Shown piece after piece: positions 13,169 to 26,137 of a DNA stretch of 64,000 nucleotides (positions within the stretch are counted from its first letter, which is position 1; each line of letters starts with the position of its first letter). The DNA is from Sphaerodactylus townsendi. Taxonomy: Eukaryota. A program made the position numbers and the translations under genes. The stretch spans positions 32,240,001 through 32,304,000 of the forward strand of contig NC_059429.1 in NCBI RefSeq assembly GCF_021028975.2. Reading direction: 5' to 3'. The notes beneath the pieces are model-generated. The model ran no database searches, had not been told where the DNA came from, and was given only the letters and a program-made list of their open reading frames with translations.

Positions 13169-15224
13169 ATTAGCAGTGTTCAAAAAACAGTAGAGATTTA
13201 ATGTTATCACTCCCTCCAATATTTCTCAGATGCAAGCAGAGACATACATTCTTAACATCTCAATCCTCCCCCACCCCACACACTGCCTGAATCCCCTATT
13301 AGATCTTTCCCAAGTCTTTTATATCCTCTAATAGCAGTAAAGCCCATTTTAAAATGAAATAAAATGGGCTCTACATGGTGGGGGAAGAGGGTGGGCAGGA
13401 GAGGGCTGTTCTCTCCCGCCCTTGTTTTCCAAGCCCTGTGCAATGCGGGAAACAGGGAAGGGCCCCCGATCCTATCTGAGACCCACATGGAGGATTGGGC
13501 TGTTCCAATTTAATGATCTTGGATTACTGGAAAATTATACCCAATTGTTTTACTGATGCAGAATAGTTTAGTATACTGTTAGAGCCATAAGGTCACCTGC
13601 TCAAAGCTCAGCTCAGTCTTAAGGAAGCAATCATAGCTTTGTTTCAGTCTATCCACACCTTATTTTTTGTATTAAAATATTTTTTCAAACTATGTGGAAC
13701 ATTTAGGTATTATACAATGTCATCTTATGCAGAATTGCTTCATTCCAAGTCCATTGACATCATTGTTGGTGTTTTGCCTATGACGTTGATGCTGATTTAT
13801 GTGTGAGCGCTACAAAGTCAAAGGAACAGTAATCACAAAATGTTGATAGTGTCACACATGGGTAAAGATCAGAAGGCCTCCCCCAAATCTCAAATTTTCT
13901 ATACTTCACTTCTGAACCCCCACTTTTCTGCATAGATCTAGTTTTTAAAAGCTTAAAGAGTATTCACAGGTGCAATGGCAAAGATAAGGGACAGCATTTT
14001 ATAGCATAATGGAAAAGGTTCCATGAAAACACAAAATCACAAATGTTGTAGGCTTAACCTTCATTTGGTTTCATATGTAGTATAGCTGGCTAATTTTCCT
14101 CTCGCAAAGACCCTTGTCTGTATATGCGTTTAATCATCCTCCTTCTAAGAAACAAAATCCACATGACACCATCAAAACAACTCTGATGGGAAAGCGGGTA
14201 TGACATCTTTCCTGCTCATGAGGAAAAACTGAAAGAGTGTAGTTGAAAAGAAACAGGACTCTGTTGGTTTGGGGGCAATTACAGGTAATGAGAAGGATAG
14301 GGATAGATCATTTCAATGACTTGGAATATTTTAGCTGAAATCAAGTCTCTCAGGTTTCATTTTGCCCCCTCTGCCTTCATGCCACGTTCCCAGTGGAGTA
14401 AGCAAGTTCAGGCATCAGGAGGAACCAGTGGGGAATCTTCTAAGCTTTATTTACATTCAAAAGGCTGATTCACTGGGGAGCTACAGAGGTATACGACACA
14501 GCACTAACAACTACAAACACAAACACACACTTTACATACTTACTTTATGAATGTGATCTCAGGCTGGGATCCAAGTCTCATGCTTGAACTTGTCAAAAAT
14601 TATCAAGGAGATCCTGAATAATGCTCAGTATGAGGATGCCTGCCGTTAGATTAAGCATGTATGTCTCTACATTTAAAGAAATCAGGGGCTAAAGGAGTCC
14701 TTTTGTTGCAATTAATCTGGCAAAATATGGAAAATAGCACATGATAAATATCTTTGAGTTGTAAGACCAACTCCACGAAAGTTTTACTGACTAATTTAAA
14801 GCTCAGTCTTATGAACAAAGGCTGCAGATTTTGCCACAGATGCATTCAGCAGTCAAACCTACTGTGTTCGAAGGTAGTGACCAGATGTGAGTGATCAGGC
14901 AGTCTGCTTGGTTTGTGCCAAACAGCCATGAATGGCTTGCAAACAAATAGCCTTTTGCAAAAGGTACGTGCACAAAGACATTGCCAGTTCATAGTAGCTG
15001 GCATTGGAAGATGAACAACAATTTACACAAAGACAGCATTTATTTATTATTGATTTGTATGATTTGAGACCAATTCAATTGTCTGTGTAAACAATTGCTG
15101 AGTGAAGTTACACAGTTACACAGCAAGGATGGAGAAAGATGTGTGAGAGCATGCATGTGTGAAAGCCATGGCTGCTATTCTGCGTGGTTTTTTTTTCTAA
15201 TCTATCCCTCATAGTACGACTTTA

Positions 15225-15298
15225 CAGGTTTATCAGGTCTCAGAAGCTAAGCAGGGTCAGCCCTGGTAAGTATTTGGATGGGAGACCACCAAGGAATA
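15225..15298 (+). mobile_element. 5S rRNA-derived SINE head fragment
   Basis: tctcagaagctaagcagggtcagccctggtaagtatttggatgggagacc matches the 5S internal control region, but is truncated and diverged. Confidence 0.7.
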
Positions 15299-17537
15299 GG
15301 CTGTGAGGACTAGATGTGACCAACACACAAACATGACTCAATACCTGCTGAACATTGGAAGGTGTGTTTCTGTCCTTTAGGCAAACAGAAGTACCAGACT
15401 TATAGCTTCAAAGAGCCAGTGTTTGCAAGTTATCCAAAGAGCGTTTTCTATAGCAATATTAGTGACCTAGGGTTTGAAGTTCTCCAGATACACATCAGTT
15501 TCTTCCTTTTAAAAATATTGAAATGTCCACTCCCAAAAGAATCACTGAAAAATAAAAACAGGATTCTCTCTTGAGGAAGAGAAGAAGCAATTCAGAGGAA
15601 CAGACTAGCTCACAAAAGGTCCACAAGGATTTTGAATCAGACGATTCTAGGTTTTTCATGCACATGCAGATCCAGTTCAGACCATGACTATGGTGAACAA
15701 GCAGTGGGAACTTCAACCCCACACACACACATCCTTTTTTGTGACCTGAAATGTTGCTGCTATTAAGCCCTGTTTTTCAAAACTTATGTGCAGCCATCAG
15801 AAAGCATACATTAGGTCACAGGCCACATAGAGATTTGCTAGGGCCAGGGAAGATATTTAACACCCCTATTTTCCTATACTCCATGGTCACAATCCAAATT
15901 TGGTCCACACAACTTGGAAAGCATGAAAGTCACAGTATGTGTCTGATCCATGGCAGTCACATGTTGGTGTGAATTGGCCCCAAGAAGCAGGTACTAAAAG
16001 TTCACTGGAAGACAGCCACTTTACTGAATCTTCTGACAGTGAGGTTGTGCCCCTCCCCCATAGCCTATCTAGAGACCAATTCCAAGCAGATGGGACAAGT
16101 GTGAAAAAGGCTGTTCACCTTATACTGACCAAATGTGCCTATTGCCAAAAAGAAATGCCTCAGTGACATGCAGATCCAAGCTGACAAGCTGGTCTATACA
16201 GGGACAGACAGCCCTTCATCTATATGGGTCCCATGCTGAGAGCAATGTTAAAGGTTAAAACCTGCAACCTTAATTGCAACCAGAAACGAATAGGTGGCCA
16301 GTGCACTTATAATACAGAAATCATATGCATCTGGCTTCCAATTGCCAGCAAAAGGTTTCCCACTGCATTTTACACCAAGTTTCCTAGTTAATCTTGAATG
16401 AGGTCTCACACAAACACACAGAACTGCAGCAATGTAGTTTAATGCAAAAAAGAGTTTGGCTTTATACCTTGCTTTTGTCTCCTGTAAGGAGACTCAAGGT
16501 GGCTTACAACAGGGACATATCTACCTAAATCGGCACCCACGACAAGCTTGGATGCTATGACCTCCCCCCACAGTTGTGCCCACCCCAACTGGTGTGCAGG
16601 ACTTGCCCCCATTCACAATCTCCACATGGTGTAGTTTGGGGGTGCTAAGTGTAGCCACAAAATGAGCCCCCCAGAAGAGGTGCCTGGGGCTAAAGACCCT
16701 CTCTCCCCCTAGATATGCTAATCAGTTGAAGTTAATCATAATAGATCATTATGACTTTTCAGAATCCCAGTTCCAAATAAATAGTTTGCAACCATTTTGC
16801 TCAATCTGTCTGTTGTCACTCTTTAAAAATCAATGTTTTGGAGTTTCAAAATCATCTCTCTTTGTGCTCCATTTCATAAAAAGAGTATTAGCAAGGACCT
16901 CAACTATCTGGGCCAACAGTTCCCTTAACTTCTTTAAAAAACTTTTTGTCAATGAGGCATTAATTGGATTCCATTGCCCAGACAGATGTGCTTTATTGGA
17001 ATGATGCAGATACCAGAATGGTCAATCTGTGCTTGAGCTTAAAGTGATCCAGGTGATATAGCTGGCTTCAGGCCGGGTATGGACCCACTCCTGAAGTTAC
17101 CCAAAGAAACAGCAAAGTAGCCAAACACAATTATTCTAAGTTTCCTGAACATGATTTCTGATGTAAATACATTACAAAATTCACAGACAACGCAAATGAA
17201 TCAAGATTCTTGAGCCAACTCCCCCCCCCCCCAACACATACACACACAGTATAAACATGCTAGTCAGGGGTCTGTCTTGCATGCCTACATTCCACCTCAG
17301 GAACAATCACATTGTAGGAGAGAGTGAGCCTTATTACCTTCTGTTGCAGATATGGGACTGAGGTTGGGGGAATGTGGCATCTCTAACGCTACCTTGCAAG
17401 TTCATGATTGAGGTGAAACAATTTAAAACTTGCTAATTTGCAGATGAACCGCTTAGCTAACATGTTACACTACCTTTTACATTTTAAGGACCAGGCTAAT
17501 CTGAGACAGTTATAAAACAGAAACCCAGATAGCTCAA

Positions 17538-18483
17538 TTGAGGCCTCACCTAGAGTACTGTGTTCAGTTCTGGGTACCGCAATTTAAGAAGGATATTGAC
17601 AAGCTGGAATGTGTCCAAAGGAGGGCAACCAAAATGGTAAAAGGTCTGGAATCCATGCCATACGGAGAGATACTTAGGGAGCTGGGGATGGTTAGTCTGG
17701 AGAAGCGAAGGTTAAGGGGGGACCTGAAAGCTATGTTTAAATATTTGAAGGGATGTCATGTCAAAGAGGGAGCAAGCTTGTTTTCTGCTGCCTCAGAGAC
17801 TAGGACACGGAGTAATGGATTCAAGGGATGTTCAACAGTGGAATTCACTGCCTCAGGCCGTTTCCGCACGGGCGGAATATGGCGGCCTGGGGACGGCAAA
17901 AACGCCGTCCCCAGGCCGCCATTCGCACAGGAGGCGCAGCTGCTTCACAGCCGCGCCGCCCTTGCGCCGCCCGCCCGGCGCCGAGCCGGTGTTTTCAGAG
18001 TGCGCTGGGAAGCGCACTTTTCTGAAAACGTCGGCTGGAAGCCGCTGCCGTGCGAACGGCAGCGCCTTCCCGGTGCTCCCCCCCCCACTCCCTGCCTTCA
18101 CTCATCTGCTCTCCGACCCTCCAGCGCATTGCCGGGGCCTGAGGACACGCCCCGCTGCTCTGCAACACGGAAGCAGGCGCACAGGGCAGGGGAGGCATGT
18201 CCCCAGGCCCTGGCGATGCGCCGGAGGGCCGGAGAGAAGGTGAGTTGACCGGGCGACGGCGCCCAGTGGCGCCGTCTTCCCAGTTCTTTCTGAAACGCCG
18301 ACCCAAGCCCTTCCGCCTCCGTGCGGAAAGGGCCTCCGATAGTGGTAGAGTCTTCTTCTTTGGAGGTTTTTAAACAGAGGCTGAATGATCATATGTCAGG
18401 AGTGGTTTGATTGTGTATTCCTGCATGGCAGGGGTTTGGACTTGATGGCCCTTGTGGTCTCTTCCAGCTCCATGATTCCATGA
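17538..18483 (+). mobile_element. 5'-truncated CR1 LINE 3' end, interrupted by a MITE
   Basis: [11 protein letters not shown]...[16 protein letters not shown]...[10 protein letters not shown] is CR1 ORF2 C-terminus; ends in a catgattccatga tail. Confidence 0.9.
17856..18334. mobile_element. CpG-rich Harbinger-type MITE inserted in CR1
   Basis: TIR ggccgtttccgcacgg / ccgtgcggaaagggcc, imperfect TSD tca/tcc, subterminal hairpin. Confidence 0.8.
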
Positions 18484-18578
18484 GGTGAAATCCTCACATT
18501 GTTGGATATTCTGCTATTATAATCACTTGCTTTTGGGATTTTCCTGTCTAGTTGAGAAAATCTAGGAAGTGAATGGTT

Positions 18579-18680
18579 ACAGTAGTACAGTATGCTAGTA
18601 GTACAGCAGTAGTACTAGTATGCTAGTAGTACTAGTATGCTAGTAGTACTAGTATGCTAGTAGTACAGCAGTAGTACAGC
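18579..18680. repeat. Compound tandem repeat (agtagtactagtatgct / agtagtacagc)
   Basis: Directly visible; abuts the 5' end of a SINE. Confidence 0.85.
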
Positions 18681-18968
18681 AGTGGCGTAGGAGGTTAAGA
18701 GCTCGTGTATCTAATCTGGAGGAACTGAGTTTGACTCCCAGCTCTGCCACCTGAGCTGTGGAGGCTTATCTGGGGAATTCAGATTAGCCTGTACACTCCC
18801 ACACACACCAGCTGGGTAACCTTGGGCTAGTCACAGCTTCTCAGAGCTCTCTCAGCCCCACCTACCTCACAGGGTGTTTGTTGTGAGGGGGGAAGGGCAA
18901 GGAGATTGTAAGCCCCTTTGAGTCTCCTGCAGGAGAGAAAGTGGGGATAGAAATCCAAACTCTTCTTA
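18678..18968 (+). mobile_element. Young full-length Squam3-like SINE
   Basis: agtggcgtaggaggttaag head, B-box, tail aaatccaaactcttctt. Confidence 0.8.
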
Positions 18969-19119
18969 TATAGGTGCAGGATAATCAGGGGGAAAGTAAT
19001 AATCACGAGCAAAATGTCAGCCACTCCACATTTTATCGTTGTAGCATAAGCCAGTTCCTTAGAGCTATTAAAAGTATGTATGTATGTATTCATGTATCAT
19101 CAAGTTGCAAAGCTCTCAA

Positions 19120-19232
19120 GGCAACCAGCAAACAGAAGCAGTTTGCCATGGCCTTCCTCTGCAGAGTCTTCCTTGCTGCTCTTTCCCCCCCTCGTGCTGA
19201 CCCTGCTTAGCTTCTGAGATCTGACAAGATCT
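19120..19232 (-). mobile_element. 5S-derived SINE fragment
   Basis: gaccctgcttagcttctgagatctgac is the reverse complement of 5S sequence. Confidence 0.6.
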
Positions 19233-21674
19233 AGCCATTCTGCTACCGAGCTACTGAAACATTATGAGAAACCATTTACTTAAAAATAACATGTACATAT
19301 TATTAGCTGATGTGATGATTGAATCAGAGTTATTCACTAAGATAGGTCAGGAATTATCATATTTTAATCTCAAAATCCATCATGTGAGCAGGGTTAAGAT
19401 GGTGAATTGCCAAAGGCCATCTAACCAATCTTATGGTTGAATGAATATTAACCCAGGTCTGTGCTGATTTAAGTCTGTAATTAGGGATGTGTGAAACCTT
19501 GACAGATTTTGTTTGTCTCACTAAAATTTTAATGGCTTCCCTCAAAAATTTCTCAGATGTTTTGCCTCAGGAGGCGGCAAATTGCTTCAAATTTCACTTC
19601 GTATGAAATCTGATGACACCTTGGGGATGCATGGAAACCTCATTGAGAAACACATCCCAAATTTTACAAGAAACTCTTTCAGCTTCCCTCAGAATTTCTC
19701 ACCTGTTTCACCTGAGGAAAAACCCTCGTATTTATCCAATGCCATATTCACTGTCAGTTACTGACACTCCTAATGGCAGAAGTGGTAGGGTAAAGTGGCC
19801 AAATATGCAGTGCCAACATGACAAATAAGGCTTTGGGTTCTATCCTTCAAATCATATGAAATGAGAGTAGACATTTGGGCCTGATCCAAAGACCTCTGAG
19901 TGCCTCCTGTAACATGAGGAGCGTCTGGCTTGGGCTCACATTGTTTACCATCTGGTGCCTCAGCACTGCTATCGTCTCAGAAGACTGGATATTCCAATAG
20001 TTACTGCATGCTCTGTTGTGAACACCAGGCTCCTCTTGGTGAACAATTATGCATGTGATTGGAGTCCACAGCTGAAGGAGGAGATCTACATTCCAAGTGA
20101 AAAATTTGCCATCTGGCTGCTTGTGGCATGATATGCCGTGGGCAGAGCCACAAAGTGAAATGTTTATCATACTAGTATCCTGCTTTTCTGTGGAAAAGCT
20201 CAGAGCAGATCTTGAGCAGTTTTCCATCCAGGTGTGGGACAGGTTGAGGGCTGTTTAACTTTAACAATATAAAAGCATCATTACGGAGAGCTCAGGGATA
20301 AAACACATGCTTTTCATGCAAAAAACCTCTGGATTAGTTTCTGGCATCTCCAGTTTAAAAAAAACTTAGGCAACACACTTCAGCCTAAAACTTTGGCAAT
20401 GTGCAGACAATATTGGAATGTGTGTTGGAGTGAGCAATCCATGAGAAAGTAATAAAAAGCCAAGCTAAACAGACCCTGTTCTTTAATATACTTACTGTGT
20501 CTAATTAAAATAGGCAAATCAACCACATTTAAATTTAATGTGGGACTCCTCTGTGTTCTCTGGTGCCTTACTGATTCAGTCTCATGATGGGGAGGGACGG
20601 GAGGAAAGAGTGATTCAGCAATATATGCCTGATAGGAAAACTGATCAATCAGAAGACTGTCAATGTTTCTAACCAGTCGGCATTTCTACACATGACATTT
20701 TCACTTGTTATCACTTCATATATACAGAGAGAGACAGGGAGAATGCACACATTGTTCCTGTTCAAGTGAGCTGTTTCATTATCTGGTTCAGTATTGACTA
20801 TTAGACAGGGGCCAGAAGCAAAGATTGTACCCACTGGAAGAAACACAGGTGTGTGGATTGGAGAAAATAAAGCCAGAGGTTTAAGACTTTGCCCTCCCAC
20901 CCACCATAGGAAAACATTGCAGGGGAGGACAGAGGCAGATATTTGAATTATTAGCTGGTAGTCAGACAGAATCAGAGATTGCAGAAATATAAGATAGAAG
21001 CTTGAATTTTGCTCTTCCCTGCAATAAACAGTTTGCCTGCTTTGTATAATAGGAGTGAAGATAGTGGAGGGATATACAATTTTGTCCCCCAACAGGAAAC
21101 AAAAACATACCTCAAACCAAACATAATCTAGATCCGAGATGAGGAAGTATTAGATCACATACGTATGTTACATAGACCTCTACAATCTCCACTTGGGGAT
21201 CCCCCCCCAAAAAGAAAAGACATTCCAACTCAGTTAAGCCTCCCTACGCTCAATTTGCAAGTAAGAGTTTTAATAGCTATACTTTTTCCTATTTGACTGA
21301 AATTTGGCACAGAGACTCTAAGGCACAAGGGATTCTTTCCATGAGATTCCCATTCCTTTTACATACATGACAGGGAGCTACAGGCAAGCATGTGATCCCA
21401 CTGAAGTCGGAAGTACCTAACTGTTTTATACATGTATTAATTTTAAAGTTGATTTTAATGTATTTTAAATGTTTGCTGCCTTGAAGCTAATTAGGTGGAA
21501 AGGCAGGATAAAAAAGTAAATAAAAGTATGGAAAAAATAAGAATGGGTTTACTAACTATATGTTAAAATGTTAAATAAAAACTAAGCACACATCCCTAGA
21601 TTAGGTGTTCCAATGGCCTAATTCAGTATGAGTTACACAGTATGTGAATATGAGTTTATATATGCATTCAGACC

Positions 21675-21840
21675 CAGTCTTGCCTGTAACTGTTGTTCAT
21701 TACTTGGTCTTTTGCACATATGCAAAGCGGGACTGCATAGAAACCATGAAGAACAGAGTTGCGCTTACCTGTAACTGTTGTTCATTGTGTGGTCATCTGT
21801 GCAGGTGCACATTGGGCATGTGGAGTCCCCAATGTGGGAC
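21675..21840. mobile_element. DIRS-like terminal fragments (two tandem copies)
   Basis: cctgtaactgttgttcatt repeated twice; related sequence in opposite orientation at ~32480-32535. Confidence 0.45.
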
Positions 21841-22965
21841 TACACAGTAATCACGAAAATGAAAAGTCAATTAACTTATATGAGGGTGGGGATGGGGGCT
21901 AAATTAAGGCCTTGTCCTTGTACCTAGTCATTCCAGAGACTATTTCATTGATAATCCCGCCCCCCCCCACACACACACACAGGAAATCTATTTTATTTCT
22001 GATATCTGTTAGTGCTTCATCTTTCACATCCAAAATCAGCTCATTGTCACCTTTCCTGTTTTCAAGTGTTCTCACTGCCATCAAATATTATGACAAGTAG
22101 TTCCTGATGTTGAGAATTAGTCAACCACCCCCATCACTACCCTTTAAAAAAAAACACCACTCTGTTCTCAGAAAAGCCAATGTCTTTTATGTTAATTAAT
22201 GGCTCAGCTATCAATTAGTGAAGAAGAGTTGATCCTGATGAGACCTGACTGATGAGCCTTGGAGCTTTTTTAAAAAAAAAGACTGCTCACAGCTATCAGA
22301 GCAACCTGCATAGTAGATCATGGCATTGCCATGAGAGCCAAGAGATGGGTATGGAAGTTCATGACCGTTGCTTTTTACAGCTAAATAAAACACAGACAAG
22401 TACAACAGGAAAGGACATCAGCAAAAAGAAAAGGATACAAGAAGCAAGCTGTTAGAAAGGATAACCTGATAGAAAGTGCAACATTTATTTTAAAAGAGAT
22501 ATGCCAAATCGTAAACCTCTAGTAATTGGGTTATCCAAAAGTGTGGAGCTGGCTATAGTGACAAAGGAAAGGGGTTCTGATGAAGCACTAATCTGGCCCA
22601 ATGGACTGCCAACCAGGCAGTGTTTCTGTAGTGTGCTCAGGAAAATCATGTTTGTCAAGCAGTCAGTACTTGCCAGCATGATGTAACGGTTACAGAACCA
22701 AACAAGGACCTGGGATAACCAGATTCAGATCCCTACTCTGCCATGGAAATTCTCTGGATGACTTTGGGGCACACATGCTCAGCCTCACCTATCTCAAAGA
22801 GTTATTGTGAGGATAAAATTCAGGATGGAAGAACTATTCTGTAAGTCATATTGTGGGACCCTGGGGCTGGAAGTAGGGCATAAATCATTCAATCTCCTAA
22901 AGCACATAAAGTTTGAGGTACTGAACCAACAGTATCAAAAATATTCCCTTGTATTTGGCTTTCCA

Positions 22966-23252
22966 AGGTGTTTTCCCCATGGACAAAATATCATGGGAAA
23001 GACCCGGGATCATATATCCCAGGGTGTTTTTATCCTGGTTTCTCCCTTCACATGGCTGCCCATCAGTGCGTTCAAGCCAGGAGGAAGAACTCCAGTGAAC
23101 TATGCACAAGCCCCCGGTTTATTTTCATTTTCCACATGAACGCTTATGTTTACATTGTTTACGTAGTTTATGTAGTTTGCGCACATTTACATGGCCAAAA
23201 CGAGATGGTTCACTTCCTTATCCCAGGCTATATTGGCCATAGAGAAAACGCC
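22966..23252. mobile_element. Degenerate Harbinger-like MITE
   Basis: Imperfect TIRs ggtgttttccccatggacaa / ttggccatagagaaaacgcc. Confidence 0.5.
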
Positions 23253-25628
23253 CAAGATGGTATCTGGTCTCCCATGTTTATTAACCTGTAGTCAGCTGCC
23301 ATTGTCATCATCATTATTACTGCTAATAAATACATTTATATCCAACAATCTTAATAAATAGGGTTTCTAACCACCACCTCCAAAAATACTACAGGACAAC
23401 ATCAGTAATAACACACAATGAAAACCGCATCAATTAAACACCATCAAGTCAAACAGAACCTACTTTGAAATCAAACCAGCCATAAAATTCAATAAAACAA
23501 TAGCAGAAGGCTTTAGATATGATAATAATATGGGTCTTCAAAACTAGGACCCAGCATTAAGAAAATCAAGCCTGGAGCATTTTCACCTGGTGTCTAAAAC
23601 CATCCAGACTAGGAAACAGTCTAAATGCTGAGAAGATGAGGGGATTCCATAAACAGTGTGCCACCACAAAAAAAGCCCTCTTTGATGCCCATCTACTTCA
23701 TTTCAGATAGATGACTGTGGCCTGCCAAATTTTCAATAATTAAAAATACATTTTTAATTAGTACTTCATTATTATTGACACTACTTTCAATTGCTTTTTA
23801 CTTCTTTGCAGATATTTCAAAGCACAATGCTAATTTTGTATGAAAATGAGCCACTAAGATAGTACCCTCATTTCACAATTCACATTTTTAAAGAATATTT
23901 TTTTCTCTGATTGCTGTTTAGGATTTAGGAAAGACTACAAGTACAGAAGTATTATAATTTTCACATCAGATAAAGGAAACTACTGTATAATTAAATTAAC
24001 TTCGTTAAAAGACAAGACATCAATTCCTGAGAGGAGCTGCACACAAAATTCTGGGAGCCCCTGCAGCATACACTGCACTATATTTTTACATATGATTGCC
24101 AGTTCTGGGTTGGGAAATACTGGGGATTCTGTGGGTCGAGCATAAAGGGACAAAGTTTGGGGAGGGGAGATAATTCAGTGAGGAATAATGCCATAGAGTC
24201 CTCCTTCCAAAGTGGCCATTTCTCCACATGAATTGATTTTTGTTCCCTGTAGATCAGTTGTAATAGGGGAATATCTCCAGTCTCAACCTGGAAGTTGGCA
24301 ACCCTCTAGCTATGCTACTTACAGAAAAGTGGCAATATTGGTGAAGTGGCTTAAAGAAAGAGGCAGATGGCATCTCCAAGCAGATGGCAAAACCAGGATT
24401 ACTTGAGGCCTTGGTGGGCTGGACTCACATTATATAGGCCCAACACCATACACACCAGGGTTAGACCCAAGGTGGGGCCTGAGATCTCCCAGAATTACAA
24501 ATGTTCAGATCTCTTGGAATTACAAATAAAGGGCAACATCCTCTTATTCAGTAGAGGCATAATGACAGGCATGGACAGCATGCAGAACTTCTTGGGGGCA
24601 ATAACTAAGAAGGCCCCTAAGATCCAGAATGGCGTGTGGCCCACCATCCTTCTTCTGAATAACAAAGTAGCACAAGGAGACCTGCTCCCAAGGGAAGCAT
24701 GGGGTATTCACCGCATAGAGTTTTTCTCAATAGTGTGGTCCCCTGCTGCTTCTGGAGCCCATACTGGGAGTAAGTCCCATAGTTATAGTACTGCTTGAGG
24801 GCCACACCTCGGCAAGACAAGGAGCCAGCTGTCTGGGCAGGTTGAGAAATCCCCAGGGAGTTCGCCTCAAGTTTGTCTTTACAGAGACCAAGCAGCACAG
24901 TATCTGTGCTCTTATGGAATAGCTATTTCCTACCAGAAGGCAAGTTCTTCACTTGTGACCTTACATCATGTAACAGATCAGAGGAATGCAACCATGCTTG
25001 GTGGTGCAAAAGTGACACAGAAAGCAACCCCCAGGTGCAGCCATCAGCACAAGGAGTAGCCACCTGCCTGTGTAACCTCAGCTTGTGGGTTCTGTGGGGC
25101 AGTACTTGGAAGGAGTTGCAAAGAACCAAATTTAAACAAAACAGTTTACTTCTCTTTACAAATAACATTAAACATCAGCATTTAACAGTACAATCCAAGG
25201 TCCTGTTCAGGTTGCATTTCAAGACCTTCTAGTTACAGTCTACTGATACTGCCAAGTCCAATTCTTCTTTGCAAGTGGGTTGGCCCCTGAAGACTCCAAG
25301 GGTTTGATGAACAGGATGCAACATGATGAAGGTTTCCAGGAGAACTCTCACCCATTACAACCACAAAAGAAACCCTGAAACAATAAACTCCAACATTTAC
25401 AACATAGCAAAAACAAACAACTACCTTCCTGGTAGTTCCCAATAATATTGCAGTTAACCTTAACAAGGTGTTAAGGGCTTATAGAAATCAAGGTCCGAGT
25501 CTGGTAGCCTTGTCTTCTCCAAAGAGCTCTGCAGCCTTTCTGCTGCTCTGAGTCTCCACCCCCTTACTGGTTCAACCCATTCTGGGCATGGGGGTTACAC
25601 CTGCAAGAGGCATTCTGAATCAAGGGTG

Positions 25629-26112
25629 TGTTGGCCTAGTGCACAGCGGAAGGACTAGGTGCCAACTCACCCTTGCTAGAACAGGAGGTAACTGCTTGCA
25701 GTATAAGAAAAAGAAACACTCAGACAGTAGATTTAGTTCCAACAGGAATACTTTATCTCTTGTTTCTCAAAGGAACAAAAATAACAATAACTATCCACTC
25801 TCTACTCTGACAACAATCTGAGCCCGAACCTGAAGGTGAAGGAGAGGTACTGAATTGGGTATGCAGTCTTCTTATATAGTTTTGTCCAGCAAATCATTAG
25901 CTAGATGATCTAATCATCCTGGCCTGTGACCTTTTCACTTCTGCTGACTGTTACATGCCAATCACTGCAGACCCAGACAGAGAGGCTCCGACCTTTACAA
26001 TTCTGCTGACTGTTACATGACAATCACTGCAGACCCAGACAGAGAGGCTCCGACCTTTACAATTCTGCTGACTGTTACATTCCAGTCATTCTAGACCAGC
26101 ATATGACCAACA
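25629..26112 (-). repeat. 3' LTR of copia element
   Basis: Matches the right LTR up to 26109; TATA (tatataag on - strand, ~25871-25878) and 62-bp U3 tandem repeats at 25941-26080. Confidence 0.92.
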
Positions 26113-26137
26113 GAGTCATTGCCAAATTGGACAGCTG

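Noticed and set aside
15225-15298. 5S rRNA gene
   Set aside because: Truncated and diverged; SINE-type relic rather than functional rRNA.
17538-18248. 236-aa ORF
   Set aside because: Chimera of a CR1 ORF2 fragment reading into a stop-poor GC-rich MITE; not a gene.
18579-18680. CRISPR-like array
   Set aside because: Eukaryotic tandem repeat without unique spacers.
24950-25628. Older LTR possibly hosting the copia insertion
   Set aside because: LTR-like texture, but I could not define termini or a TSD.
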